A stretch of 64,000 bases of DNA from Balamuthia mandrillaris (lineage: Eukaryota). This document shows positions 20,652 through 32,408 of this stretch, one piece after another. The notes beneath the pieces are model-generated. The model did no database searches and was not told where the DNA came from. It worked only from the letters and a program-made list of their open reading frames with translations. The stretch is from NCBI GenBank assembly GCA_031835245.2, contig JAVKOQ020000002.1, forward strand, positions 310,001-374,000, written 5' to 3'. Position numbers and translations under genes: made by a program. Position 1 is the first letter of the stretch. Every line of letters starts with the position of its first letter.

Positions 20652-23600
20652 ATGGCGAGCGAGAGGCCTTCTTCGACCACGTCGTCGTCGGCCTCGTCCT
20701 TCAGCCAACTGCAAGACACTCCCCTTCGCGGCTTTCCGGCGTTGAGAGAGAAGATGAAAGAGAAGGAAGAGCGGGATGCCACCGCCACTGCTGCCCCCTT
20801 GCAACTGGGCGAGGAACAAGCCCACCAAAACGATTATGAGCACCTCGATGACGACGAGGAGGACGATGACGATGAGCTGTTGGGCGGGTTGGCCTTTGGG
20901 GTGCGTGGGAGGCCTGGCTCTCGCCGAGGCACAGCAACCAGCCGAGACTCTCGCCACGTCCTCGGCGACCAAGCCTCCGCTGACATCTCCATCGACGAAA
21001 TCTTGGCTATGGACGAGGAGGACGAGGCCGAAGAGGCGGCCTTGCTGCAGACTTTTGTTGGCGACGGCTCGTCCTCTGGCCCCACCCTCACGAACCACTT
21101 TGGCGATGCTTCTATTCGGACCAGCTCTCACGGCCTTGACGCTCACGTACGTCAACCACTCTTTTTGCGTGAGAAGCTTTGCCGATCGCTTTTTTCTCTT
21201 CTTTTTTTTCTGTTATTGTCTCTCTCTTGCTCTTGTACTTTCGTTCTCTCATCCTTCTCTTTCTTCTCTGTCCTTGCTTTCCCTCTCTGTTGTGTCTCTA
21301 ATTCTCTACAAAAAAGAAGCAGCAACAACAACCCAAAGAGCTGAACGAAGTGGTGCTGCAACAAATTCTCATGGAGAGCACGGAAGACCCTTTGCCCGAT
21401 TTGGCGCCGAAGGACTACATGGACAACATCGTCAAGGACCTGTTGCCGCCCCCTCCTCCATCGGTTTGTCTTTGTTTCTCTACGATTTTTCGTTTTCATA
21501 CACGTGCACCTTGTTATGGTCCTCGTTCTCGTTCTTGTCCTCGTCCTTCTTTTCGTTCTTGTTCTCGTTTTCGCTCTCGTCTTCTTCTTCTTCTTCTTCT
21601 TGTTTTTTTTCTTCTCTTAGCAATATCAACATCACATAGAATGACAAGCTTAACGAAGGACGGCGTGTGGGCGGTTACAAGTTATTTCGGCTGCGGTCTA
21701 TGTCCTCCAGCAGCAAGAAGAGACCATCCTCATTGTCAAGTTTAACGAATGATCCTATTGTTCTCCTGCCTAAACCCTTGCGTAAGGTTTCTATGTCGAT
21801 GACCTCTGAAGCCATGCGTCGTGAAGCCGGTTTTCCTACTTGCGTTGTGGTAATGTCTTTTCTTTGCCATCTTACTCTTCTTTGCCCTTTGTCTCCCTTT
21901 TGAACTCTTTCATGATTATCTATTGTTTCGGTCTTAACTCACTTTCAACCCCTATCTGGAATGAAGGTTTCAAGACGGTGTATAGCGGTTGGAACAGCAC
22001 ACGGCTTGGTACTTTTGTTTGACCATCTCCAAGAGCTCAAACGCATTCTTGGAACATCCACTGGTATACATCCATTCTATTCTTCAGACGCTTCTCAGAC
22101 TAAAGAACAAAAAAAAAAAGACGCAGAATATGGTTCAGTAACGGCAGTAGACATGATGCCAAGTGGAGATTGGCTAGTCTGCGGCCATCAAAAAGGCCAT
22201 ATCGTGCTCTGGGACATCCAAACGGGGACCATGATCAAGACTGTGACCCCGGAGCAGGCTCACCCCTCAGCTGTCATTCATCTCCGCTTTCTGAGCGAGT
22301 CTCAGATAATCAGCTCCGACGTAACGGGGACTACCTATCGCATTACGTTCACCAAATCCATGTGGCGAGGATGGACAGCAGACACACTACTCATCTTGAA
22401 TGGGAGGGCGGGCAAAGTGTATGCATTAGCCTCGTTAATGTCCAGTCCGTTGTCTTCTGCGTTGGAGAATCCATTGAACGCCTCTGCATTGATAGCGTTT
22501 TGTATGCCTCGTTTGGTGAGTCATTTGTATTTGCTTTTTTTTTTGGTTTAGTTTTCAAGTTTGGTACATTGTTTTGTCTTGCGCTTCTCTGACCTTTGTT
22601 AAAGGTTACAATTGTGAGATTGGAACCAAAGATTGAAATACTGTTCAAGCTGGGAAGGCCGAAGAATATAAGTGCCTCCACTCTTCCTTATCTGTCTTGG
22701 TGCAAACGTGTAGTCAAGAAAGGTAAAGTACAGTTTTTAAAAAATAGGAATATTGAAAACACTGACTACAGAAGCTTACACTATTATTTTACCTTTTAAC
22801 AGATGACACCAGTGGTCAATTGGCGGCATGCGACCCTATATTGGCGATCGGTTGGGGACATCACTTACAGCTGTTGCAAGTATCATCCTCATCTTCCACC
22901 CAAGCAGAAAGCTCCTCCTCCACAGGAGAGAATCCTGCAGATGGCTCCATTCGTGTTCATCTCCTCTCTTCCACCATCACTGAAAATGAGATATGTGGTC
23001 TGGAATGGTTGGGCAACAAATTGCTGTTGGTGCTGGATGTAAAGGATAAGCTACGCGTTTTGGATGCTTCCGATTTGAAAGAAATAGAAGCAGTGGATAC
23101 GAAAGGAATGGACCTCATCTATCATACTAGATTCTCTAAGGCTCAATGCTCCTTTCATAACAGCTTCCGTACGTTGAAAGACAGAGTTTATTTATTGGTA
23201 CGCTCCTTTCTTACTCTCTTTTCCTGCAAATCATCTGGTCTGCTCTCCCACATTCTTATTGTTTCTCTGATACAAACATAAGGGTATGGATAATATTTAT
23301 TGGGGACACATTCTCTCTTGGGAGGAACGGATTACTCTGTTGGTGGAACAACGACGTTGGTTGGATGCTCTCAGCTTAGCGCTCAAGTTTTACGAGGTTC
23401 GCCTTCTCTCTCTTTCTCTCTGTTCATTATTTTTCTCATTTTATTGTAGGGGCGAGGAAAAGGACTTGTAGATAAAGGAGTAGGTCTCCCTAGCAACAGT
23501 CAAACTAGACGTTCTTTAGTGTCGGACAAAATCATCCAAGTTCTTTTGTACTACCTTCGCACAGCCGTTTCAGCCATCTTTCCTTCTGCTTCAAATACAA

Positions 23601-26600
23601 CAATATCCCACAACGACCTTACATCAGTATCATCGACATCATCAAATAGCTTTGACTCGACGAAAAACGACCGGCTGGTTACAAAGAGGATGGTACGATT
23701 GGGCAGCATTTGCATGGAATATCTATTACACATTGCACGATCGGACGTTCTCTTTGAGCAGATTTATCCATTGTATTGTAAGCTCGGCCAGCGACACACC
23801 TTCTTGGAATTAATGGAGCCGTTTATTTTGGAGGAGAAGCTGGTTTATCTGCCTCCAGAGTTGATGCAGGCCTTTGTATCCCATTATGCGAGCAAGAATA
23901 TGCTAAAGACGGTCGAACAGTGCATCCTTCATCTTGATCTTGCCAGCATGGATTTCCATCACGTTGGCACTCCTCTTCTCCCTCATCATACATGCACCCC
24001 TTATGTTCTAATTTGTCAAAATTCAGATTGTCAAGCTTTGCAGAGAGCATTATCTAAGCAGTGGACTCATTTATGTGTATAACCAAGGATTAGAAGACTA
24101 CATCACACCTCTTGACGACATGATGCGACTCATTCGATCCAAAAGAAAAACAGACCTAGTCAAAGGGGAAACAACGTCCACGACATCAGATATTTCTTCG
24201 ACTTCTGGTGGTTCTCAGTGGAAGTCAGTTGGCTATAAAATATTGCTCTATGTTAGCTATTGTCTTCTGGGTAAAGCTTTTCCTCAGGGCTCTATTCCGC
24301 GCCATCTAGTTACATCTGTAAAGGTTGATGTACTCAACTATCTTTTCCAGAAGAATGTTGTTGGCGGTATGTTCCTTCTTTCGTTCTCTGTCACGTTATC
24401 CTTTGACATTTCCTCTGACGATTTTAACAATGCAGAGGAAGAAGAATACGTACATCTGGTGTGCATGCTTTTATTCGACACAAAAGAATTCCTATCTGCC
24501 ATATCAATCGCTTTCGATGATCCTACCATCCCTCCTCCAAAAGAAGAGATGGAAAAACCGATGCTAAACCACCAACAAATGCTGGGAGTGCTAGAAGGCA
24601 TCATGGTTCCTGGTTCTATCAAATCTTCGCTTTTTAACGTTCGTATTTGACTTCTTACTTTTCTTTTTGTGCCCCACTAACATTTTATTGTTTTCTCTTC
24701 TTTTTATATTTATTGTTGTGTCTCTGCCTATTGACAGGAAGAACAAGTGGGATACTTTTTCAGTTTTATTGCAGAATACGTTGCCAAGGAAAGAGTGTCT
24801 GTCTCACCAGCTCTCATGAACAAAGTGGTGAGCTATCTCACGCGCTCTCCCGATGCTTCTACTGCTGTCAAAAGACAACAATTGATGCTGCACATCATGT
24901 CCCTGCCTTCTGCACGCTGGGATCAGAACACGTTGCTCATGGTAGAGGGAGCCAGTCCAGAACCTTTGTAAGTGAACACTCTCTCTTGCTGTGTCAGTTT
25001 TTCGACTTCATTGACCGCTACTTGTGTTTATCAGCTATGCTGTAGCAGAGCTCTATTATCGCCAGCGCAAAGACTATAAGCAGGTCATTCGTTGCTATCT
25101 AAAAGATCACTATCGGAGAGTACGCTATTACTCTTATTTCTGGCTTTATCGAGCTTTCTCTTAAACTTATCACTTCTCTCTTAGACGGAAGTATTTACGA
25201 TGCTCAGAACTCTTTTGGATGATGCAAGTATTGCAGAACAACAAATGCAAGAGATACGGCAGGCTGTGGTGGCCAACATCACAGACCTCATCAAGATAGA
25301 CCCTCACGCCTCGTGCTCGCTAATCACCAATTATTTCACCAAGGATCAAAATCATCAAATCATGCGCGAACTCAGCAAACATCCCAAACTGCAATACGAA
25401 TATCTAGACGCTATTCTTGGACCAGAAAGGTTTGTTGTTCTCTATTTCTCATTCCTCTTTACTTTTTTTTTTGTATTATTTCCATTCTTTCTTCTAAACT
25501 CTCTTATGGAAAATAGCGTTTACCAAACCAGCAATTTGGGCAGCGGCCGTTTGGCAGGAGAGTTGATGGAAGAAACTACTGGCAAAGAAATGCAACAAAC
25601 TTACATCGCTCTAATGTGCCAATTTGCTCCTAGCAAAGTCTATCGCCATCTTCAAGCGAGTGACACTCGAGTCTCCTTTGAGTACTGTCTCGCCCTTTGC
25701 AAGCGGCATAACATCACCGATGCAACGGCGTACTTGTTGGAGAGAACCGGAGATGTGATTAGCGCGTTGGACATTATTCTTCAAAAGCTAAAGGAGGAGA
25801 TGACAGTCATGTTTGCTGCGCAAGAAGCCAATGAGTTGAATGCTTTGCCTGAGGCAGGCGCGTTTCCAGGTAAGGGAGAGAAGAAATGAGGAGAGAGAGA
25901 GAGAGAGAGAGTGAGTGAGTGAGAAGCGAGAATACCTTATAAAGTGAAACTGATGTAAAATTACAGCATTTCCTCATACCAAAGAAGAGAAGAAAGTTCA
26001 GGAAACACTACGAGCTGCTATTTCGTTGTGTCAACGCAATTCCCAACGTTCAGGCGTAGATGATGCTGAAAGCGTGGTATAGCTTCCTCTCCCTCTCCCT
26101 TTTTTTTTCTAAATCTCTCACCTTCAATTTTGGTTTAAAGGCGTTATGGTTCCGTCTTTTGGATGCCTTGGTTGTTCCTCTTCGTGATTTCAAAAAGAAA
26201 GGGCGTGGCCTCAAACAAACTCAACAAGGAGGCAGCAACGCTCCTTCTAACAAAACCAAATCCTCCTCACGATCTTCATCATCGTCACGACCTTCTCCTT
26301 CTTTGTCTTTCTCTCGTCATCGCTCCGCCTCTCAAACTGTTTACTCGCTGTCTGTCTCCGAGGACGAGAGCCTTCCTCGCGGCCTCGCTCGCTCTACACA
26401 AGCAATAACTTTGCAAATCCAAAACGTGCTGCACAACATGATGGGCTACGTACCCTTGCAGGCCATTCTCTCCAAGATCGTGCACGACCACGGCGCAGAT
26501 GACTTTGGAGACTTTAAGTCCATCATCCGCGGCGTGCTGGACTCGTATTCCTACGAGGAGGCCATCCTGCGAAGCGTCAACAAATTGCTTCGAGGCGACA

Positions 26601-27300
26601 TGTACGATTCCTTCCGTGAGTATTGGTATCTTCGTAACAGAGCTTATGTCCCTTCGAAGCAAACCGCGGCAAGTCAACAACACTCTTCTTCTGATCATCA
26701 CCTGAGTTCAGCAATGATGACGAAGATGAAAGGAACGGCAATGAGAGGAGGAAATGGCGTGTGTCACCTTTGTGGAGCAACATTTTCAGATCCCAACTTT
26801 TTGTTAATGGAGGAGAAACGGTCAACCGTGGGCGTGGCCGTCTTTCCTTGCGGTCATTGCTTCCATGGCAGCTGTCTTGGTAAGTTTAGAGCTTGTCCGC
26901 TTTGCAATCGGCACAACAAAAAGCCGAATGACAAAAACAAGGAGAAGAAGGAGAAGGAGAAGGAGGAAGAAAAGGAAGGCGGGGAGGAATATCGATCTCG
27001 ATTGCCCACGGAAAGAGTGCAAGACTTGATTGCCAACAAAAATGACAGCAACAAGGACGACCCTTCTCGTCTTGGTGCAAATACGAAAGATACTATCGTA
27101 AGTTCTTTTCTTTCTTGTTTCTCTTCTGTTCCTAACTTAAAAATGACAAAAAAAACAGAGGGCATCTCTAAACACCAATCCAGAAAACTTGAAGGACTAT
27201 CTTCAACGCGTTGACAAGTTTAAACCACAAGAATACTCAAGAGTATGTACTGTTGTCTTGTCTCCCTGTTTCTCTCTTGCCATCTCTCTCTAGTCTCCCG

Positions 27301-27352
<52 letters not shown>

Positions 27353-27684
27353 CTCGCTCTCTCTCTCGCTCTCTCTCTCTCGCTCTCTCGCTCTCTCGCT
27401 CTCTCGCTCTTCTCTGCTCAACAACTAACAAAAAAAAAAATACAAACAAACGACAACAGTTGGATATGTTGTATCAGCTAGCAGGGCAGACAAGAAAGAA
27501 GTCCAGTGGAAGAGTCACGAGAGCCACAAAGACGGCGAAGCAAGAGAGGGCGTTGAAAGCAAGGTCGAGGGTCTATCCTTCCTCGGCGTCTTCCTCTGGT
27601 TCGTGGCGGAGAGGCGTTCGTTTGACGGCAGAGGAACTGCAGGAACAAGGCTTTCAACTGCAAACGATGGACAAACACAGTTGA
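20652..27684 (+). CDS. VPS8: Vps8 (CORVET subunit): beta-propeller, alpha-solenoid/CHCR, C-terminal RING-H2
   Basis: [101 protein letters not shown] and [19 protein letters not shown]. Confidence 0.9.
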
Positions 27685-27812
27685 CCGCTTTTTCTTTTTC
27701 TTTCATAGAGGGATACCTATTTATCTCCAAAGCAAAAAAAAAAAAGATGAGCTTGTTGCAGGTACGAACTTGTGGATAGACTCTTGTGACTTTGGTGGGT
27801 TGTGGGGGGGAA

Positions 27813-27967
27813 GCGATCTGTTTCCAGAAAGGATGCGCTGTGGTCATACAAGATCAACAAGGGGGGGGAACACATGCAATCCCTCTTTGGGGAATAGCCC
27901 TCCCCCCAAAAAGTTGTGGCTGAGCTTGTACGACCACGAGCATCCCCCCCACTGGAAAAGAAATCGC
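27813..27967 (-). ncRNA. Candidate structured RNA (long imperfect hairpin)
   Basis: Arms gcgatctgtttccag-aaaggatgc-gctgtggtcatacaag-atcaac and tggctgagcttgtacgaccacg-agcatccccccc-actggaaaagaaatcgc are nearly reverse-complementary. Most mismatches become G-U pairs on the minus strand. Confidence 0.35.
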
Positions 27968-28068
27968 CGAATGGCGATAATTGTAGAAAAGTATTTCTCT
28001 GAAAAACGATAATTCTTCGCGGCATAAATAATTTTTTTTTTATCGTCCCCAAAAAAAAATAAGAAGAA

Positions 28069-28554
28069 ATGGACAGCAGCTCCCAAGAGAAAGAGGCCGT
28101 CGCTGAGTTTTTCGAGAGCAACGAGGCCCCCGCTGGGTTGGCCGAGGAACAGCAGCGCCTCGATGAGTTTGTGAGGCATAACGCTGGACGAAAGTTGGCT
28201 CTTGTGACCGTGAGTATTGATTACCGTTGATTGAGCCAAATGGAAAGGAGAGAGCGGAGAGCAGAGAGTGAAGTGGTTAACAAGAACGTTTGGTTTGTTG
28301 TTCATGAGCAGAGCGGCGGCACTACTGTGCCTTTGGAAAAGAATACGGTGCGCTACATTGACAACTTTAGCGGTGGCAATCGTGGGGCATGCAGCGCTGA
28401 ATATCCTCTTTACCCTGTCTTCTTCTTGTTCTTGCTTCTTGCTTCTTCTTCTTCTTCTCCTTCTTGTTCTCTTCTTCTTGTTCTTGTTCTTGTTCTTCCT
28501 CTTCCCCTGCTTCTTCCTCTTCTCCTCTTCTTCCTCTTCTTGTTCTTGTTCTTG

Positions 28555-28585
<31 letters not shown>

Positions 28586-29123
28586 TCCTCTTCTTCCTCT
28601 TCTTTGACCAGAAACGCGTGAGTGCCTTGACCCTTTTCACAAGTACTTCCTGGAGAACGGCTATGCCGTCATCTTTCTTTCCAGAGTGCACTCCCTGCAC
28701 CCCTACAGCCGTTACTTTCTGCTGCAACATAAAGTCAACCATCAGCCCTATCACTTCATAGATTTTCTTCAGCTGGAGGACTCCTCTGTCTCTGGTGTGC
28801 TTTCATTTCTCTCTGCTCTCCTCGCTTTCCTCTACCTTCCTCTCGTTGCTCATTCTTTCATCACGTCTTTGCAGTGGTGCCGGAACATCAAGTGGAGGTG
28901 GCAAGCCTGGTGGCCAAATATCAGGTGGCACAGAAGGAGAGGCGCCTGCTGGTGGTTCACTTTGTCAGCATTCACCAGTATCTTCACTTGCTGCGAGCTT
29001 GCTCTTTGGCACTGGCTCCCGCCAAAGAAAAAGGGCTCATCTACTCGGCTGCAGCTGTCTCAGACTTTTACATTCCTTTGAGCCATATGGTTTGCTTTTC
29101 TCTCTCTTCCTCTATCTTCGTTT

Positions 29124-29165
<42 letters not shown>

Positions 29166-29669
29166 CCTCTCCACTCACAGACAAACAACAATAGGCCGAA
29201 CACAAGATACAGTCTTCGGCTCATCCAGACGGCCTCGCTTTACAACTTCAATCGGTGCCAAAGATGTTGCGCAGCGTTGTTGAGGATTGGGCTCCTGGCT
29301 GCTTCGTTGTTTCTTTCAAAGTCTCCTCCTCCTTGTTCTTCCTTCTCTCACTCAACTAGCTTTTCTTACTCTTCTTGTTGCTTTTACTGGCAAATAATTT
29401 CAACAGTTGGAGACCGATGAAACGAACTGACTCGCAAAGCAACCGGTGCGCTGCGCAACTATGGTCACCAGCTGGTCATTGGCAACCTTCTCTCCACCTA
29501 CAAAGACGAGGTCCATCTCTTCACCAACAACAGCCACAATCTCAATGCTGATGGCCAAAAGGAAGAGGAAGCAATCACCATCAAGCGAGTGGATAAAGAC
29601 ATCGAAGCCCAACTCGTTCCTGCTGTGATTGCTCTCCATGAGGCACACATTCTTACCCAACAAGCTTAA
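28069..29669 (+). CDS. PPCS: Phosphopantothenate--cysteine ligase (eukaryotic CoaB); apparent 1-nt frameshift in the last exon
   Basis: [84 protein letters not shown] and [11 protein letters not shown]. Confidence 0.92.
28401..28642 (+). other. Probable U12-type (minor spliceosome) intron with AT-AA termini
   Basis: 5' end ATATCCTCTT, branch-like CCTTGAC at about 28625-28631. Only removal of 28401-28642 restores the conserved SAE-YFL frame. Confidence 0.7.
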
Positions 29670-29929
29670 AACAAAAGCCAAGCAAGGCTGCTTCCGCTTG
29701 TTCCTTTTCTCCTTCACCTTCTCCTTTGTAAAATATTTTTGATAGGAGAAATAATATTCAATTTTTCACAAACGGTTTGATAAACTTTGTAATTTTCAGA
29801 ATAATTGATAAATATGTTCTAAATATTTTACGAAATGGAAAAGTTGCTGAATTTTCTGAATAAGTCGTGAAGTTTCCGATATAAAGTCGACACAAAAGAA
29901 AAACAAGAAAAGAAAAGAAAGAAAGAGAG

Positions 29930-31939
29930 ATGGAAGGCCTGAGAGCCTTCTTTCCCACTTCGTTTGGCAGCTCCAAAGGCGGTGGCGGAGGAAGAAACAA
30001 CAGTACTTCATCCTATGCGGCCAACGAGCGGAAGAAAAAAGAGGCACAGATCAAAAAAAGAAAAATAGAAGATGAGACGACCGCAGACGAGGACACCCGC
30101 AGCAAAGAAGATAGCAACAAGAGAGAAACAAAAAGAAGAGAACACGCAACACACTCTACCTCCGAACAAAAGAAACGTGAGCCCGCAAAGGCAGCGAAAA
30201 TGGAACCCAGCGAAACCTCCTCTGGACCAAGCTTGGCAGCGATGGTCTCCGCCACTCGAGCCCTCGCAGAGAAAGCACGCTCCGAGGACGGCGACGTGCC
30301 CTCTCCCTCTGCTCTCTTCAACGAACAGGGTTACGTCGTCTTTCCCGACCAACGCAAGTCCATCGTGGCCTCTGCCAAGCAGCAACACCTCAGGCAGGAT
30401 GGCGAGGAGGATGAAGAGAACGAGGAGGGAGAACAGGCACTGGAAAAAGGAGAGGACAGAGAAGAGTTCCCGATCACGCATGAGATAGTACTAAGGGGCC
30501 ACCACAAAGGGATCACTTGCCTTGCCTTGGACCCCTCCGGCTCCCGCCTTTTGACGGGCGGCTCGGACTATGCGGTCCGTTTCTGGGACTTTGCGGGGAT
30601 GGACAGCTCGCTTAGGGCCTTCCGCACGGTGGAACCCTCCCCAGGCTATCCCGTCCATTCCCTCTCCTACAGCCCCTCGGGGCACCAGTTTGTGGTGGCC
30701 ACGGGCACCGCTGCTGCCAAGCTCTTTGACAGGGATGGCTTTGAGCAGGCCGAGCTGGCCAGGGGTGACATGTACCTGGCGGACATGGCTCGCACCAAGG
30801 GACACATCTCCACGGTCTCGCGGGCGGTGTGGCACCCGGTGGACAAGGACATGGTCATGACGGCGGGCTTGGATTCCACGGTGAGGCTGTGGGATGTCAA
30901 CGATCCTTCCAAGCAGCAAACGGTCATCAAGTTCAAGGACGTGAGGAACAAGACTCGGCTGCCTATTCTGACGTGCGAGTTCGAGCCAAAGGAAGGAGGA
31001 CTGATAGGTGCAGGGGGAGAGGATGGATCCTTATGGATATGGCCCACGGCTGGTCCATTCTCTCGGCCGTCACATCTCCTTCGCGAGGCGCACGGCAATT
31101 ATATCGAGCACATCAGCTTGTCCTTCTCCACAGATGGACGGACCCTGATCTCTAGAGCCAGCGATGACACGATGAAAGTCTGGGACCTACGGCGATTCAA
31201 GCAACCCTTGAAGGTATTCTCCGGCCTGAAGGCATTCAGCTGTACCAGCTGCGTTTTCTCTCCGGACGACCAGTTCATCGTGACTGGCACCAGCGTGCGC
31301 AGGGATGAAACGGCGTCCTCTTTGCTGCTCTTCTACGACAAGACCAGCCTGGAGCTCATCAAGCAGATCGGAGTGTCCCAAGGGGGCAGCGCGCAGAGCA
31401 TCCTGTGGCACCCTCGCATCAACCAAATTGTGGTTGGCACTGGTGATGCCGCCGCTCACGTCTACTATGACCCGAAAAGAAGCCACAACGGAGCTCTTCT
31501 CTGTGCTGGACGACGTGCACGTCGTCAAGACATCTCCGACGTCGCCATGGAGCTCAACCGACCCATCGTCACCCCTCACGCTCTGCCCATCTTCAAAGAC
31601 GCCGAGCCCACAACCTCCAAACGGAAGAGGATGAAGGAGAGGCAGGATCCTATTCGCTCTCACAAGCCCGATCTGCCAGCTGCCCAAGGCCCTGGCTACG
31701 GAGGTCGCATCGGCAGCTCTCTTACTCATCATCTCATGAAGAGTCTCATCAAGAAGACGGATCGAGAGGAGGACCCCAGGGAGGCCATCCTCAAGTATGC
31801 GGAGAAGGCGGCGGAAGACCCTTACTGGTTCCGTGCTTATACCAGCACGCAGCCTGTTCCTGTCTATGACTACGAGGCTTTGAAGGAAGAGGAGGAAAAA
31901 GCAAAGCAACAAGCTGGCGGCAGCAGTGATCAAAAGTAG
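29930..31939 (+). CDS. WDR70: WD repeat protein WDR70 / GAD-1 family (intronless)
   Basis: FFPTSFG at the N-terminus, FPITHEIVLRGH, VRFWDFAGMD, GDMYLADMARTKGH, WHPRINQI, TPHALPIF and EDPREAILKYAEKAAEDPYW. Confidence 0.93.
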   Translation: MEGLRAFFPTSFGSSKGGGGGRNNSTSSYAANERKKKEAQIKKRKIEDETTADEDTRSKEDSNKRETKRREHATHSTSEQKKREPAKAAKMEPSETSSGPSLAAMVSATRALAEKARSEDGDVPSPSALFNEQGYVVFPDQRKSIVASAKQQHLRQDGEEDEENEEGEQALEKGEDREEFPITHEIVLRGHHKGITCLALDPSGSRLLTGGSDYAVRFWDFAGMDSSLRAFRTVEPSPGYPVHSLSYSPSGHQFVVATGTAAAKLFDRDGFEQAELARGDMYLADMARTKGHISTVSRAVWHPVDKDMVMTAGLDSTVRLWDVNDPSKQQTVIKFKDVRNKTRLPILTCEFEPKEGGLIGAGGEDGSLWIWPTAGPFSRPSHLLREAHGNYIEHISLSFSTDGRTLISRASDDTMKVWDLRRFKQPLKVFSGLKAFSCTSCVFSPDDQFIVTGTSVRRDETASSLLLFYDKTSLELIKQIGVSQGGSAQSILWHPRINQIVVGTGDAAAHVYYDPKRSHNGALLCAGRRARRQDISDVAMELNRPIVTPHALPIFKDAEPTTSKRKRMKERQDPIRSHKPDLPAAQGPGYGGRIGSSLTHHLMKSLIKKTDREEDPREAILKYAEKAAEDPYWFRAYTSTQPVPVYDYEALKEEEEKAKQQAGGSSDQK

Positions 31940-31989
31940 TTTAGTAAAAACATGAAAGAAACCCATGCAAAAGAAGCAAAGTGAGGTCA

Positions 31990-32363
31990 GGAAGCTTTCC
32001 CTTCTTTCTTCCAGTTCATTCATGACGTCTTGCAGCAGAGCATCCATTTCGGTGTCTCCTTGTTCCATCGCAAGAGTCCATGCCGTTCTCTTTGGCTCTG
32101 TTGTTGTGTCTCATGCCGTCCTCAAAGAACAGATGCGGAATGGACAAGCTCCTTCAGAAAGAATGGAGTTGGGAGAGGAAACACCCAAACAAAACTTCTG
32201 GGCAGGAAAGGTCCCTCCAGCGCATGTTCTCCTTCCTCAACTCTTCACCCAGTTCGTGCTTGGGTCTCTGGAAGAACAACAGAAAGCATGAAGAACTTGA
32301 ACAAGAAGATGAGGAAGCAACAGAGAGACGACACCACCCCAGCCGAAGCTCATAAAGTGCCAT
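31990..32363 (-). pseudogene. Internally deleted remnant of the H3-like/F-box/ankyrin gene family
   Basis: 32190-32270 matches exon 2 of the 35362-37596 gene (ELGEELRKENMRWRDLSCPEV). It is joined almost directly to a match of the terminal exon (PKRTAWTLAMEQGDTEMDALLQDVM). Contains indels and a stop. Confidence 0.8.
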
Positions 32364-32408
32364 TTGTTTCTACAAGATATATTTTGTTTAATATATCTTG
32401 TTCAGAAG

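Noticed and set aside
29930..31939. Intronless WDR70 as a possible retrogene or horizontal transfer
   Set aside because: No poly-A remnant or target-site duplication, other genes here also have multi-kb exons, and it carries the local promoter motif.
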